Assembly (NCBI GenBank): GCA_002269645.1
Contig: NIVC01001978.1
Span: 1 to 64,000 of the forward strand
Source: Macrostomum lignano
Lineage: Eukaryota
Length of the DNA stretch: 64,000 nucleotides
Direction: 5' to 3'
The translations under genes were made by a program, and so were the position numbers. This document shows, in pieces, positions 48,758 through 60,119 of the stretch. Position 1 is the stretch's first letter, and each line of letters begins with the position of its first letter. The notes below the pieces were generated by a model. That model saw nothing but the letters and a program-made list of their open reading frames with translations. It was not told where the DNA came from and searched no databases.

Positions 48758-49283
48758 CAAACTGGAAACATAATTTTACCAAGCAAACTTAGTACATGAA
48801 CCGATATCGAAAAGTACAATCCCACACATTTAATCCTGACTCGAAGCCCTCAAGATTGGCTCCCCTGGAATCTTGATCTGTAGCAATTTTCTCTAAATAA
48901 GTAGCAAAAATCAGTGCCCCTTTGCTGCCTCAATTCCAAGAAATTATTAAGCTTCCCAGAGAAAATTGCATCCAGGTTTATTCACTGCCCAACCAGCACG
49001 GATACATACATTCATGGAGCAGTTAGTGAGCAGTGCCTCCCTAACCCACTTCGTTATTATAAAATTTCTGCTTCGGACTTGACCAGGGGTCGATTGGGTG
49101 CATCTTGGTAACAAGTTTCTATATTTTATTCCCAACTTTTTTTGCTTGAATAACAAAATTTCCCCTTGCACTACTAAAAACTAGATAGTTTACTTAAAGT
49201 AGTTTTGTCTGATTTCCGATAAGTTTGAATTCTAACATTGGTAAATAAATATCAAAATGGCACTGACTGCGGTACAGAAAAGA

Positions 49284-50340
49284 ACACTAGCTGACACAGG
49301 CAGACACTAGCTGACACAGGCAGACACTAGCTGACACAGGCAGACACTAGCTGACACAGGCAGACACTAGCTGACACAGGCAGACACTAGCTGACACAGG
49401 CAGACACTAGCTAACACAGGCAGACACTAGCTGACACAGGCAGACACTAGCTAACACAGGCAGACACTAGCTAACACAGGCAGACACTAGCTGACACAGA
49501 CAGACACTAGCTAACACAGGCAGACACTAGCTGACACAGACAGACACTAGCTAACACAGGCAGACACTAGCTGACACAGACAGACACTAGCTAACACAGG
49601 CAGACACTAGCTGACACAGTCAGACACTAGCTGACACAGGCAGACACTAGCTGACACAGGCAGACACTAGCTAACACAGGCAGACACTAGCTAACACAGG
49701 CAGACACTAGCTAACACAGGCAGACACTAGCTGACACAGACAGACACTAGCTAACACAGGCAGACACTAGCTGACACAGGCAGACACTAGCTGACACAGG
49801 CAGACACTAGCTGACACAGGCAGACACTAGCTGACACAGGCAGACACTAGCTGACACAGGCAGACACTAGCTGACACAGGCAGACACTAGCTGACACAGG
49901 CAGACACTAGCTAACACAGGCAGACACTAGCTAACACAGGCAGACACTAGCTGACACAGGCAGACACTAGCTAACACAGGCAGACACTAGCTAACACAGG
50001 CAGACACTAGCTGACACAGACAGACACTAGCTAACACAGGCAGACACTAGCTGACACAGGCAGACACTAGCTGACACAGGCAGATACTAGCTGACACAGG
50101 CAGACACTAGCTGACACAGGCAGACACTAGCTGACACAGGCAGACACTAGCTGACACAGGCAGACACTAGCTAACACAGGCAGACACTAGCTGACACAGA
50201 CAGACACTAGCTAACACAGGCAGACACTAGCTGACACAGGCAGACACTAGCTGACACAGGCAGACACTAGCTGACACAGGCAGACACTAGCTAACACAGG
50301 CAGACACTAGCTAACACAGGCAGACACTAGCTGACACAGG
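49284..50340. repeat. 20-bp minisatellite (CAGACACTAGCTGACACAGG), ~53 copies
   Basis: Near-perfect tandem. Confidence 0.98.
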
Positions 50341-50892
50341 CTAGCAATATAATTCAACCAGATAAAGTGAAAGATGATGAGAAGAAGGCAGGAAGAGACC
50401 CGAGAGACAGACTATAGCGAAAGACCGTAAGCAATCTCTTCCCTAGAAGAAGCAGGACTCATCAGTCTCTTCTCTTCTTCACTCTGTCAGCTTTGTTGGG
50501 AATATTTTTCTAGAATTAAAATATGAGTGGCGGTTATGACAGGGCCTTAGAGATGAAGGGCCTGCGGGGCTGGGTGGGGGCTAAGTGACAGATGATGTTG
50601 CGTGTGCGTGACCATTCCCCCTTTAAGTTGACCAGCCTCCCTGATCCTTCACTTCCCAAATCAATATAGCAATCTATGTGCCTCAGGGACCTAAATCTGC
50701 TTGGTCTCTTTTCTCTATACAGATACACGAGAATATCCGGCTGACCAATACAACTGAGTTTTATTGTTGGCCATATAAAATTATTGAGAAATTTTGCAAA
50801 TGAATAATGAATAATATTGGAAAATATAAATTTCCAACACAATCAGTTGGAAAGCAATCATTTTAATTGCTATAAATCTTAACTGCCTCTCC

Positions 50893-51575
50893 AATCTCAC
50901 CAGTCATCTCTATCAGATCTCTCACCTGTGATCTTAATCTCTATCAGATCTCTCACCTGTGATCTTAATCTCTATCAGATCTCTCACCTGTGATCTTAAT
51001 CTCTATCAGATCTCTTACCTGTGATCTTAATCTCTATCAGATCTCTTACCTGACATCTCTATTAGATCTCTCACCTGTAATCTTAATCTCTATTAGATCT
51101 CTCACCTGTGATCTTAATCTCTATCAGATCTCTTACCTGTCATCTCTATCAGATCTCTCACCTGTGATCTTAATCTCTATTAGATCTCTCACCTGTGATC
51201 TTAATCTCTATTAGATCTCTCACCTGTGATCTTAATCTCTATCAGATCTCTTACCTGTCATCTCTATCAGATCTCTCACCTGTCATCTCTATCAGATCTC
51301 TCACCTGTGATCTTAATCTCTATTAGATCTCTCACCTGTGATCTTAATCTCTATCAGATCTCTCACCTGACATCTCTATCAGATCTCTCACCTGACATCT
51401 CTATCAGATCTCTCACCTGAAATCTCTATCAGATCTCTCACCTGACATCGCTATCAGATCTCTCACCTGAAATCTCTATCAGCTCTCTCACCTGACATCT
51501 CTATCAGATCTCTCACCTGAAATCTCTATCAGATCTCTCACCTGACATCTCTACCAGATGTCTCACCTGTCATAT
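50893..51575. repeat. 22/31-bp minisatellite (ATCTCTATCAGATCTCTCACCTG[TGATCTTA])
   Basis: Tandem units of two lengths; the minus strand reads CAG|GTGAGA or CAG|GTAAGA in each unit. Confidence 0.96.
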
Positions 51576-51609
51576 CTAACTGATTCGCGTCTCAATCGAA
51601 ATCCCTCAC

Positions 51610-52136
51610 CCTTCAATCAGTCTCACCCTTCCACCTCCGGCTGGTCCATGCAATCCCGCGGGCGCAACCTTGGCGCCGCCGCCTCCTTCCCTAGCAGGAC
51701 TCGGCGCCCTCTGTCCCGCATGGTCGGCGCTGGAACCGCCGGGACTAACAGCCGACGTGCTCGTTGTCTTGTCGCACACGGTCTTGAAGGCGATCAGAAC
51801 TCGCCTCCGTTTGGAGCTGCTGTCGGAGCTGCTGTCGCCAGGTGCGGTTGAAGCCGTCACGAATGTCACCGACTTCTCGGATCTCAACGGGCGAAGCTCC
51901 AAGTTGTCGGCGCTGGCAGCCCGAAACTCGCGCGGCAGCAGCCTGGCTGGCGACCTTGAATCCGCTGGAGCTTCGTCGTCCGAGTCTTCGTCGTCGTGTC
52001 TCGGTAGGTCTTTGTCTATGACATCATCCTTGGCGGCGCCGGTGCAACAGCAGCAGCAGCAAAATTTTTGCAATAGAGCCGTTTGTTGACGACCTCGTCT
52101 AGCGGTTGGCGTCGCCCTGCGGGATGCGCGTGACAT
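51610..52136 (-). CDS. Candidate most distal N-terminal exon of PDE4 (MSRASRR...KFCCCCCCTG...RLIE[G])
   Basis: ATG at 52136, 175 open codons in a GC-rich unique island, phase-2 donor GG|GTGAGG at 51609 (also a phase-0 donor AGG|GTGAGA at 51626). Assignment to PDE4 rests on position, strand and phase only. Confidence 0.55.
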
Positions 52137-53199
52137 TATAATGTACAGTCAGCACTGAAGGTGGTCGCGTCGCAGTGTGCACCAGACTGGGTCTTATATA
52201 GATATTGAAAAGCCCTTTAGAATTCGATATATGCTTATATCCTGACCGACACCTTGAAGAGGTCGCGTTCTCTCTCTCTTTCTCTCTCTCTCTCTTTCTT
52301 TCTCTCTCTCCCAGTCTGCGTCTTAACTCTTGTGCGACTTTTTCGCCCAGAGGAATTTTACGGAGTGACTCGGGGAGGGGGGCAGAGATGGAGAATGTAG
52401 GTGGGAGTTGGTTGGTTGGTTGGTTTATTCCCAGATTAATGAGGCGCCGGCGTGAGTGGGGAAGGGAAGAAAGATGAGTTGAGACGATGGAGATTCGAAA
52501 TGAGAGCATAAGGGAGAAGGCTGAGGTAGGAGAGAGACGGAACCCCCCCTCTAGTGCCGTGGGCCAATAGTGCGATGGGGAGCAGAGACTGACCAAGCGT
52601 TAACAACTCTATGGAGCAGCAGGAATATCGGTTCTAAGAGCAGCATCAGTATTAAGTAGATCTGCACCTTCAGTCTGAATGAGGGGGGTGGGCGGAGTCT
52701 CCGGGGAGCCTTCAGACTGTTCTTAGTTGCAAACGATATAGGATAGGCGAATAGAGGGGCCTAATTCAATGAAGAAATAAAGTGGCTATGTTAGCCTACA
52801 GAATGAGGATACGTTGCTCGAACTATATAACTCCGGCTTGAAGTACCTCGAACTGGAGCCTCATTCACAGCCGCCTGGGGTGGCTCTTGAGACTCTCATG
52901 GTTGCCGCTCTGTTTGCTCAACTCGAAAGATGATTGGCAGCTCGAAGAGCTAAACGGAGTTACATTTATACGAGTGTAGGACGAAGGCTTACTGCACCAT
53001 TAGGGGACGATGGGCTCAGGTGTAAAGGACAAACAATAACGTATTTCCCAGATAAAGCCTAGCAGTCTTAGTCACTCCATTGCGTAGGCAAAAGATAAAA
53101 GAGTAATAAAACTCTTTGGAAAAAAAATTTACCAACAAAACAGTTTTGCTTAGTTACTATTCGGGGTTTCTAAGAAATGTTTTTTCAAACAAAAATACC

Positions 53200-54030
53200 A
53201 CTCCCCATAGAGCCAATTGGCATCTCAGCAACTCCCCATTGAGCCAATTAGCATCTCAGCAACTCCCCATTGTGAGCCAATTGGCATCTCAGCAACTCCC
53301 CATTGTGAGCCAATTGGCATCTCAGCAACTCCCCATAGAGCCAATTGGCATCTCAGCAACTCCCCATTGAGCCAATTGGTATCTCAGCAACTCCCCATTG
53401 TGAGCCAATTGGCATCTCAGCAACTCCCCATTGAGCCAATTGGCATCTCAGCAACTCCCCATTGAGCCAATTGGCATCTCAGCAACTCCCCATTGAGCCA
53501 ATTGGCATCTCAGCAACTCCCCATTGTGAGCCAATTGGCATCTCAGCAACTCCCCATTGAGCCAATTGGCATCTCAGCAACTCCCCATTGTGAGCCAATT
53601 GGCATCTCAGCAACTCCCCATTGAGCCAATTGGCATCTCAGCAACTCCCCATTGTGAGCCAATTGGCATCTCAGCAACTCCCCATTGAGCCAATTGGCAT
53701 CTCAGCAACTCCCCATTGTGAGCCAATTGGCATCTCAGCAACTCCCCATTGAGCCAATTGGCATCTCAGCAACTCCCCATTGAGCCAATTGGCATCTCAG
53801 CAACTCCCCATTGTGAGCCAATTGGCATCTCAGCAACTCCCCATTGAGCCAATTGGCATCTCAGCAACTCCCCATTGAGCCAATTGGCATCTCAGCAACT
53901 CCCCATTGAGCCAATTGGCATCTCAGCAACTCCCCATTGTGAGCCAATTGGCATCTCAGCAACTCCCCATTGAGCCAATTGGCATCTCAGCAACTCCCCA
54001 TTGAGCCAATTGGCATCTCAGCAACTCCAC
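53200..54030. repeat. 31/33-bp minisatellite (GAGCCAATTGGCATCTCAGCAACTCCCCATT[GT]), ~26 copies
   Basis: Tandem; each unit has the 10-bp palindrome GCCAATTGGC. Confidence 0.97.
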
Positions 54031-56055
54031 ATGGCATCTCAGAATCTCCCCATTGGCATCGCAGATATTCCGCATTGCATCCCAGAATCTCCACCATTGC
54101 ATCTCAGAATCTCCACCATTGCATCTCAGAATCTCCACCATTGCATCCCAGAATCTCCACCATTGCATCCCAGAATCTCCCCATTGGCATCGCAGATATT
54201 CCGCATTGCATCCCAGAATCTCCACCATTGCATCTCAGAATCTCCCCATTGCATCCCAGAATCTCCACCATTGCATCTCAGAATCTCCCCATTGCATCTC
54301 AGAATCTCCCCATTGCATCTCAGAATCTCGCCATTGCATCTCAGAATCTCCCCATTGGCATCGCAGATATTCCGCATTGCATCCCAGAATCTCCACCATT
54401 GCATCTCAGAATCTCCCCATTGCATCTCAGAATCTCCCCATTGCATCTCAGAATCTCCCCATTGGCATCTCAGATATTCCGCATTGCATCCCAGAATCTC
54501 CACCATTGCATCTCAGAATCTCCCCATTGCATCTCAGAATCTCCCCATTGGCATCTCAGATATTCCGCATTGCATCCCAGAATCTCCACCATTGCATCTC
54601 AGAATCTCCCCATTGCATCTCAGAATCTCCCCATTGGCATCGCAGATATTCCGCATTGCATCCCAGAATCTCCACCATTGCATCTCAGAATCTCCCCATT
54701 GCATCTCAGAATCTCCCCATTGGCATCTCAGATATTCCGCATTGCATCCCAGAATCTCCACCATTGCATCTTAGAATCTCCCCATTGCATCCCAGAATCT
54801 CCACCATTGCATCTCAGAATCTCCCCATTGCATCCCAGAATCTCCACCATTGCATCTCAGAATCTCCCCATTGCATCTCAGAATCTCCCCATTGCATCTC
54901 AGAATCTCCCCATTGGCATCGCAGATATTCCGCATTGCATCCCAGAATCTCCACCATTGCATCTCAGAATCTCCCCATTGCATCTCAGAATCTCCCCATT
55001 GGCATCGCAGATATTCCGCATTGCATCTCAGAATCTCCCCATTGGCATCTCAGATATTCCGCATTGCATCCCAGAATCTCCACCATTGCATCTCAGAATC
55101 TCCCCATTGCATCTCAGAATCTCCCCATTGGCATCTCAGATATTCCGCATTGCATCCCAGAATCTCCACCATTGCATCTCAGAATCTCCCCATTGCATCT
55201 CAGAATCTCCCCATTGGCATCGCAGATATTCCGCATTGCATCCCAGAATCTCCACCATTGCATCTCAGAATCTCCCCATTGCATCTCAGAATCTCCCCAT
55301 TGGCATCTCAGATATTCCGCATTGCATCCCAGAATCTCCACCATTGCATCTTAGAATCTCCCCATTGCATCCCAGAATCTCCACCATTGCATCTCAGAAT
55401 CTCCCCATTGCATCCCAGAATCTCCACCATTGCATCTCAGAATCTCCCCATTGCATCTCAGAATCTCCCCATTGCATCTCAGAATCTCCCCATTGGCATC
55501 GCAGATATTCCGCATTGCATCCCAGAATCTCCACCATTGCATCTCAGAATCTCCCCATTGCATCTCAGAATCTCCCCATTGGCATCGCAGATATTCCGCA
55601 TTGCATCCCAGAATCTCCACCATTGCATCTCAGAATCTCCCCATTGCATCTCAGAATCTCCCCATTGCATCTCAGAATCTCCCCATTGGCATCTCAGATA
55701 TTCCGCATTGCATCCCAGAATCTCCACCATTGCATCTCAGAATCTCCCCATTGCATCTCAGAATCTCCCCATTGGCATCTCAGATATTCCGCATTGCATC
55801 CCAGAATCTCCACCATTGCATCTCAGAATCTCCCCATTGCATCTCAGAATCTCCCCATTGGCATCGCAGATATTCCGCATTGCATCCCAGAATCTCCACC
55901 ATTGCATCTCAGAATCTCCCCATTGGCATCTCAGATATTCCGCATTGCATCCCAGAATCTCCACCATTGCATCTCAGAATCTCCACCATTGCATCTCAGA
56001 ATCTCCCCATTGCATCTCAGCAACTCATCTTTGACTCAATTGGCATCTCAGCAGA
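54030..56055. repeat. Higher-order array built from related 21-22-bp subunits (GCATCTCAGAATCTCCCCATT / ...CCACCATT / GGCATCGCAGATATTCCGCATT)
   Basis: Three subunit types in recurring order; explains the 698-aa ORF. Confidence 0.96.
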
Positions 56056-56336
56056 ATCCGCATTGAATCTTGGCTTCGTTAATCTACAAAAGAAGACTTT
56101 CTTCCACTAGAAGACGACTTCTAACTCAACCTGCCTCTGTGCAACAAGCTGAACAAGAAGTATTTCTATAAATACACGAATGCAAATTTCTGACTCGGGA
56201 TGACGTCTGTCGAGTGTTGTTTAGAAAACTTTGCTGCGTTAATTTGCAGTGCGTAATGAAAAGGGCGAGAGACAGAAGCGGGGACTGCACTGAGAGGTCA
56301 TTTAGTTTGCGCATGTTTATTCCAGTTATTCGCTGC

Positions 56337-56344
56337 TGACGTCA
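56337..56344. promoter_or_regulatory. Full palindromic CRE (TGACGTCA) in the interval between PDE4 and B9D2
   Basis: Exact motif; function not shown. Confidence 0.25.
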
Positions 56345-58082
56345 TTGAGGAATCCGTCACTGCAGCGCTGAGCCTGCAGATGCACTAGCTAGCTAATTAT
56401 GGGGAGTTGATCTGATGTGCTCCGAAAATAAGGCTTGAAAGACAGTAGGGCGGCCTAGCAGGCGTACTTCACATCCACCATGTGAAATCAAGCAGATAAG
56501 CTTGCAGTCGCTGCTCCGGGTAGTTTTTGTTATTGTTTAAAGGCATTCTATTTTGCGTCAATAACAATGCCAGCAATTTGTATGAGATGGATGAGGGACA
56601 GGATTCTGGGAGGTTACAGTAAGGATATAAATAAGGTACTTTAACAATTTTGAGGACTAGACTAAAAATTGAAGTGAATATTGATAACTGCGTTAGTGGG
56701 GTCCTCGAAAATGCAGTTGTATATTTAGTAGTCTGATTTTGCATGTTCAACATGGACATTTCAAGTAAAAGGAACGCTACGAGTACACTTGCAGTTCTTG
56801 CAAATTTTGCTATACAGGCACGAATAGACAAAACTTTACAAGCTTGTGAAGAAAAAGTTTTAAAACTGTGGAGGCTCAACCAAAATACAGCTGTGTTTTC
56901 TAAAGGGATTTTGCAGAGATTTGCTATTTTCGCAGTGCGCCGAATGAGGCTTGGCCATAGACAACCAATCTCAAACAGCCCATAGCACACAGTGTTAGCC
57001 AGAGCTGGGTTTTGACCATAGACATGCTCTCTTTGTACAATTAAAGTCAGCCTGTGAGCAATAATTCTACCTCGGTTTCGGCCATATGTTATCCTATCTT
57101 ATCGAGATTTACCTGGGGTTATTTATTGGCCTAAAGTGCAGGCTTTCGCTAATCTTGCATTCAGTGCTCGATGGTGTAGAAGTCTGTATTCATATATTTT
57201 CGAAAAGGAACTTTGCGCTGCGGTTGGGATATCAAGGACACAGCAGGGGAGCGCCGTGAGCTGAAGAACTGACAGAATTATAGAAGACAAAGAATTCTGA
57301 GCTCGGGTATTTAAGCTTCTTTGAACCCCCATTTTCCTGAGTCTGCGGAAGCACTAGCTTTTAATTAACCCTTACCCCCTTTCGTTTTGAGCATTCTTTT
57401 TCCTGACATGCAGTCTAATCCCTAATCAGCAATGCTCAGGTGAGGGGCTACGCATCTTAAGAATCTCTACAATACTGCATTTAGCTTAGATTTTGTTTTA
57501 GTTAGACCAGACAGACACGAACGCAGCTGAAGCTAAAGCAGTCGATTGTCTGGTTAAATTGTATCTTTTTTCTGTGTCACGAAATCATTACTCGTATCAA
57601 AACAATGGTTTGCGGTCACGGTAACAGATTTAGATAGTGATGATGAAGAGCTTCAAATGTAAGATCTAGCTGACACGCTATCACAATGTAGCGAAATATA
57701 TTTACGCATAGATTTTATGGCACATTCATTTCGGACACGTGAATATAAATCTGTTGTAGCCTCCATCGGACTACTACAATCTACTCTGATGTCTATGGCA
57801 CAAGTTGTTACAGTTACATGTAGGTCGATATGGCGTCACGTTTGAGCTTTATGTGTTAAACTGCGGCCGCAACATATTGAGACCAAGAACTACTCAAGTG
57901 TAGGGCGGGAAACCTCGTTTCTTAGAAACTTTTAGGAGATTGCTACGAAAAAGTACATTACGGAGATAGGAAGTTTCCATTTTTTCAGCACAAAAATTGT
58001 TATTGCTTTCGATAGAAGCCAGATCCAATGTTCATATTTTAATTTGTAATTTTTTATTCTACGAATCTACTTACAATTCATA

Positions 58083-58260
58083 TCATGTGCTTAAAAAACA
58101 TTAAAATGACACGGCTCGGCTCATTGGTTTTATCAATCTATTTTATCAGTCTTAACTGGCTCTGTCACAATAAATTTGAGTAACAGAAAATGATAAAATA
58201 GATTCATAAACCAATTAATCGAGCTGCGTCATGCATTTTTATTACTTTTTGGCACAGTGA
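58083..58260. mobile_element. Degenerate foldback/MITE-like inverted repeat in an AT-rich block
   Basis: Arms 58107-58148 and 58191-58231 are imperfect reverse complements; similarity extends ~25 bp further out. Confidence 0.45.
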
Positions 58261-59839
58261 ATGTACATGTACGTAGTAATTAAGTGTCTAGAAGAAAAAT
58301 GTTACATAGAATCCCACTTTTTAAACGAAAAACTTTATTAATATCAAATGGCAGATAGGTACAGGAAAATTCATTCTTCAAAATTTTTAGGAGCTGGGTT
58401 TGCACGAAAAACGCACTACTTTATATAGTAATTTCCGTTTTCGGCACAAAAAGTATAGTTTTTTATTCGAAGCAGATTTGTTGCGTTCAATAGTGAATGC
58501 TTCTCTGGTGTTAATTAGATTTTAGAAAGTCAACCTTGATTTTTAATTATTTTTAAAACCTGTCTAAATATTTAGATTTTTTACCAGGCATCTCTTCCTA
58601 TCCAGAAAATTGAAAACATTACAATCAATGGCAGCAGCATTATAAATTTGGTAAACGAATTAATTTGTATTATCAATTTGGTAAAAAATAAGTGACCCTA
58701 TGATAGTATTTTTATTTGCATAAATTTAAAAAATTAACAGCAATTAAATCCTTAAAAAATAAGTTATAAGTCATACATGTATAGATGAATGAATGTTTGT
58801 TTTATATTGTGTTCAGTCGCAACAAATTATTTTGAAATTGCATTCCGCCCATGAATTTTTATCATAACTCGCGTTGAAATGAACGTAGAGGAAAGCGTTT
58901 TTATAAGTTTCAATCTAATACCTATAGTCAATAAATGTCTTCAGTCTATAAACGTCTATAAACGCTCTTCGTTTATTCGATATATACTGTAAATAGCTAA
59001 ACACGTACTTTACATATATCAAAATTAATCAGCATTTTATAATAGCTCTTTTACGCCTATCGCCTTGTAAATGAATGTTATTTTAAATTTATGTATCCAA
59101 TACCATATCGGTGTATGGTATGGCACAGCATACGGTTTGATTGAAAGATATCTTTAGAAAATATTCTGCTCTCTCGACCAATCACTAACAAAAATTTTGG
59201 TTTTTAACAAATATAACTACTGGTAGCATATAGCATTGTCATAATTGGTCAATGGTTTAGGAAGTATTTGTGCTTGTGGATAGAAAGTGACATTAAAGAC
59301 CAATTAGAAGCTTACACAAGCTTAATTAACTAATATAAAATCAAATAACCAGGAATATGCAGGCTTATAATTTTTTTTTTATATTCCGATAGCTTTTATT
59401 TCTTTTTAAGTTTTTTATGAAAATTTTTAATGAAATGCAGCTTACTTATTTAGAACTTTATTTTACTTTCTTGCAAAAAATAGATACATTGTTTGGATTT
59501 ATTTGCTGCAAAAATGTTAATATGTTAATGTTTATATTATTTGACTAAAATTTTTGGTTACTAGAACAAACTTACTTTAATTACTAAGGTTTTAGCAGTA
59601 GATTAACACTTTCTCATTAAAAGATATAATAATTTTATCTCACTTCAAGCAATCAAGCACAAGCTTAAGTTTTTAAAATTTTCTTTAACACTAAAATACA
59701 TACTATTATACCATATAAAGCATGTTTTAACCTAATATTTTTATTGTATTTAGTTGTTTTATTACTTGATACAATAAGAGGAAATTATTTTCTCTATTAG
59801 GATTTTTTATTTTCCTTTTCATGCAGTATTCGATAGTCC

Positions 59840-60076
59840 ATGGCGGAAGTTCACGTGATCGGGCAGATTGTTGGTGCCAGCGAGTTCCCGGAAAATGATC
59901 TCTTCTGCAAGTGGGAGGCCCACTTCGGTCCCGCATGGAAACGTCTTCAGGGTGAAGTGAGCGGCCAGACTCAGGTGGACTGCCCAGCCTCGGGCGAAAT
60001 GGCCTACTTCGCTCATCCCATCGATTTGCATTTCGCTACTCGCGGACTGCAGGGCTGGCCTAAGCTGCATTTTGAG
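59840..60076 (+). CDS. B9D2: B9 domain-containing protein 2 (MKS transition-zone component), first coding exon, aa 1-79
   Basis: [25 protein letters not shown]...GQTQVD...[21 protein letters not shown] is collinear with human B9D2 residues 1-79; similarity stops at GAG|GCAAGA. Confidence 0.96.
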
Positions 60077-60119
60077 GCAAGAATTTCTCTTTCAATGTTT
60101 CTCTTTCTCTTTCACTGAC

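Noticed and set aside
53970-56110. 698-aa HCISESP/LHLRISP ORF and overlapping ORFs
   Set aside because: All three plus frames are open over long stretches, the hallmark of a stop-free repeat; no unique coding flanks
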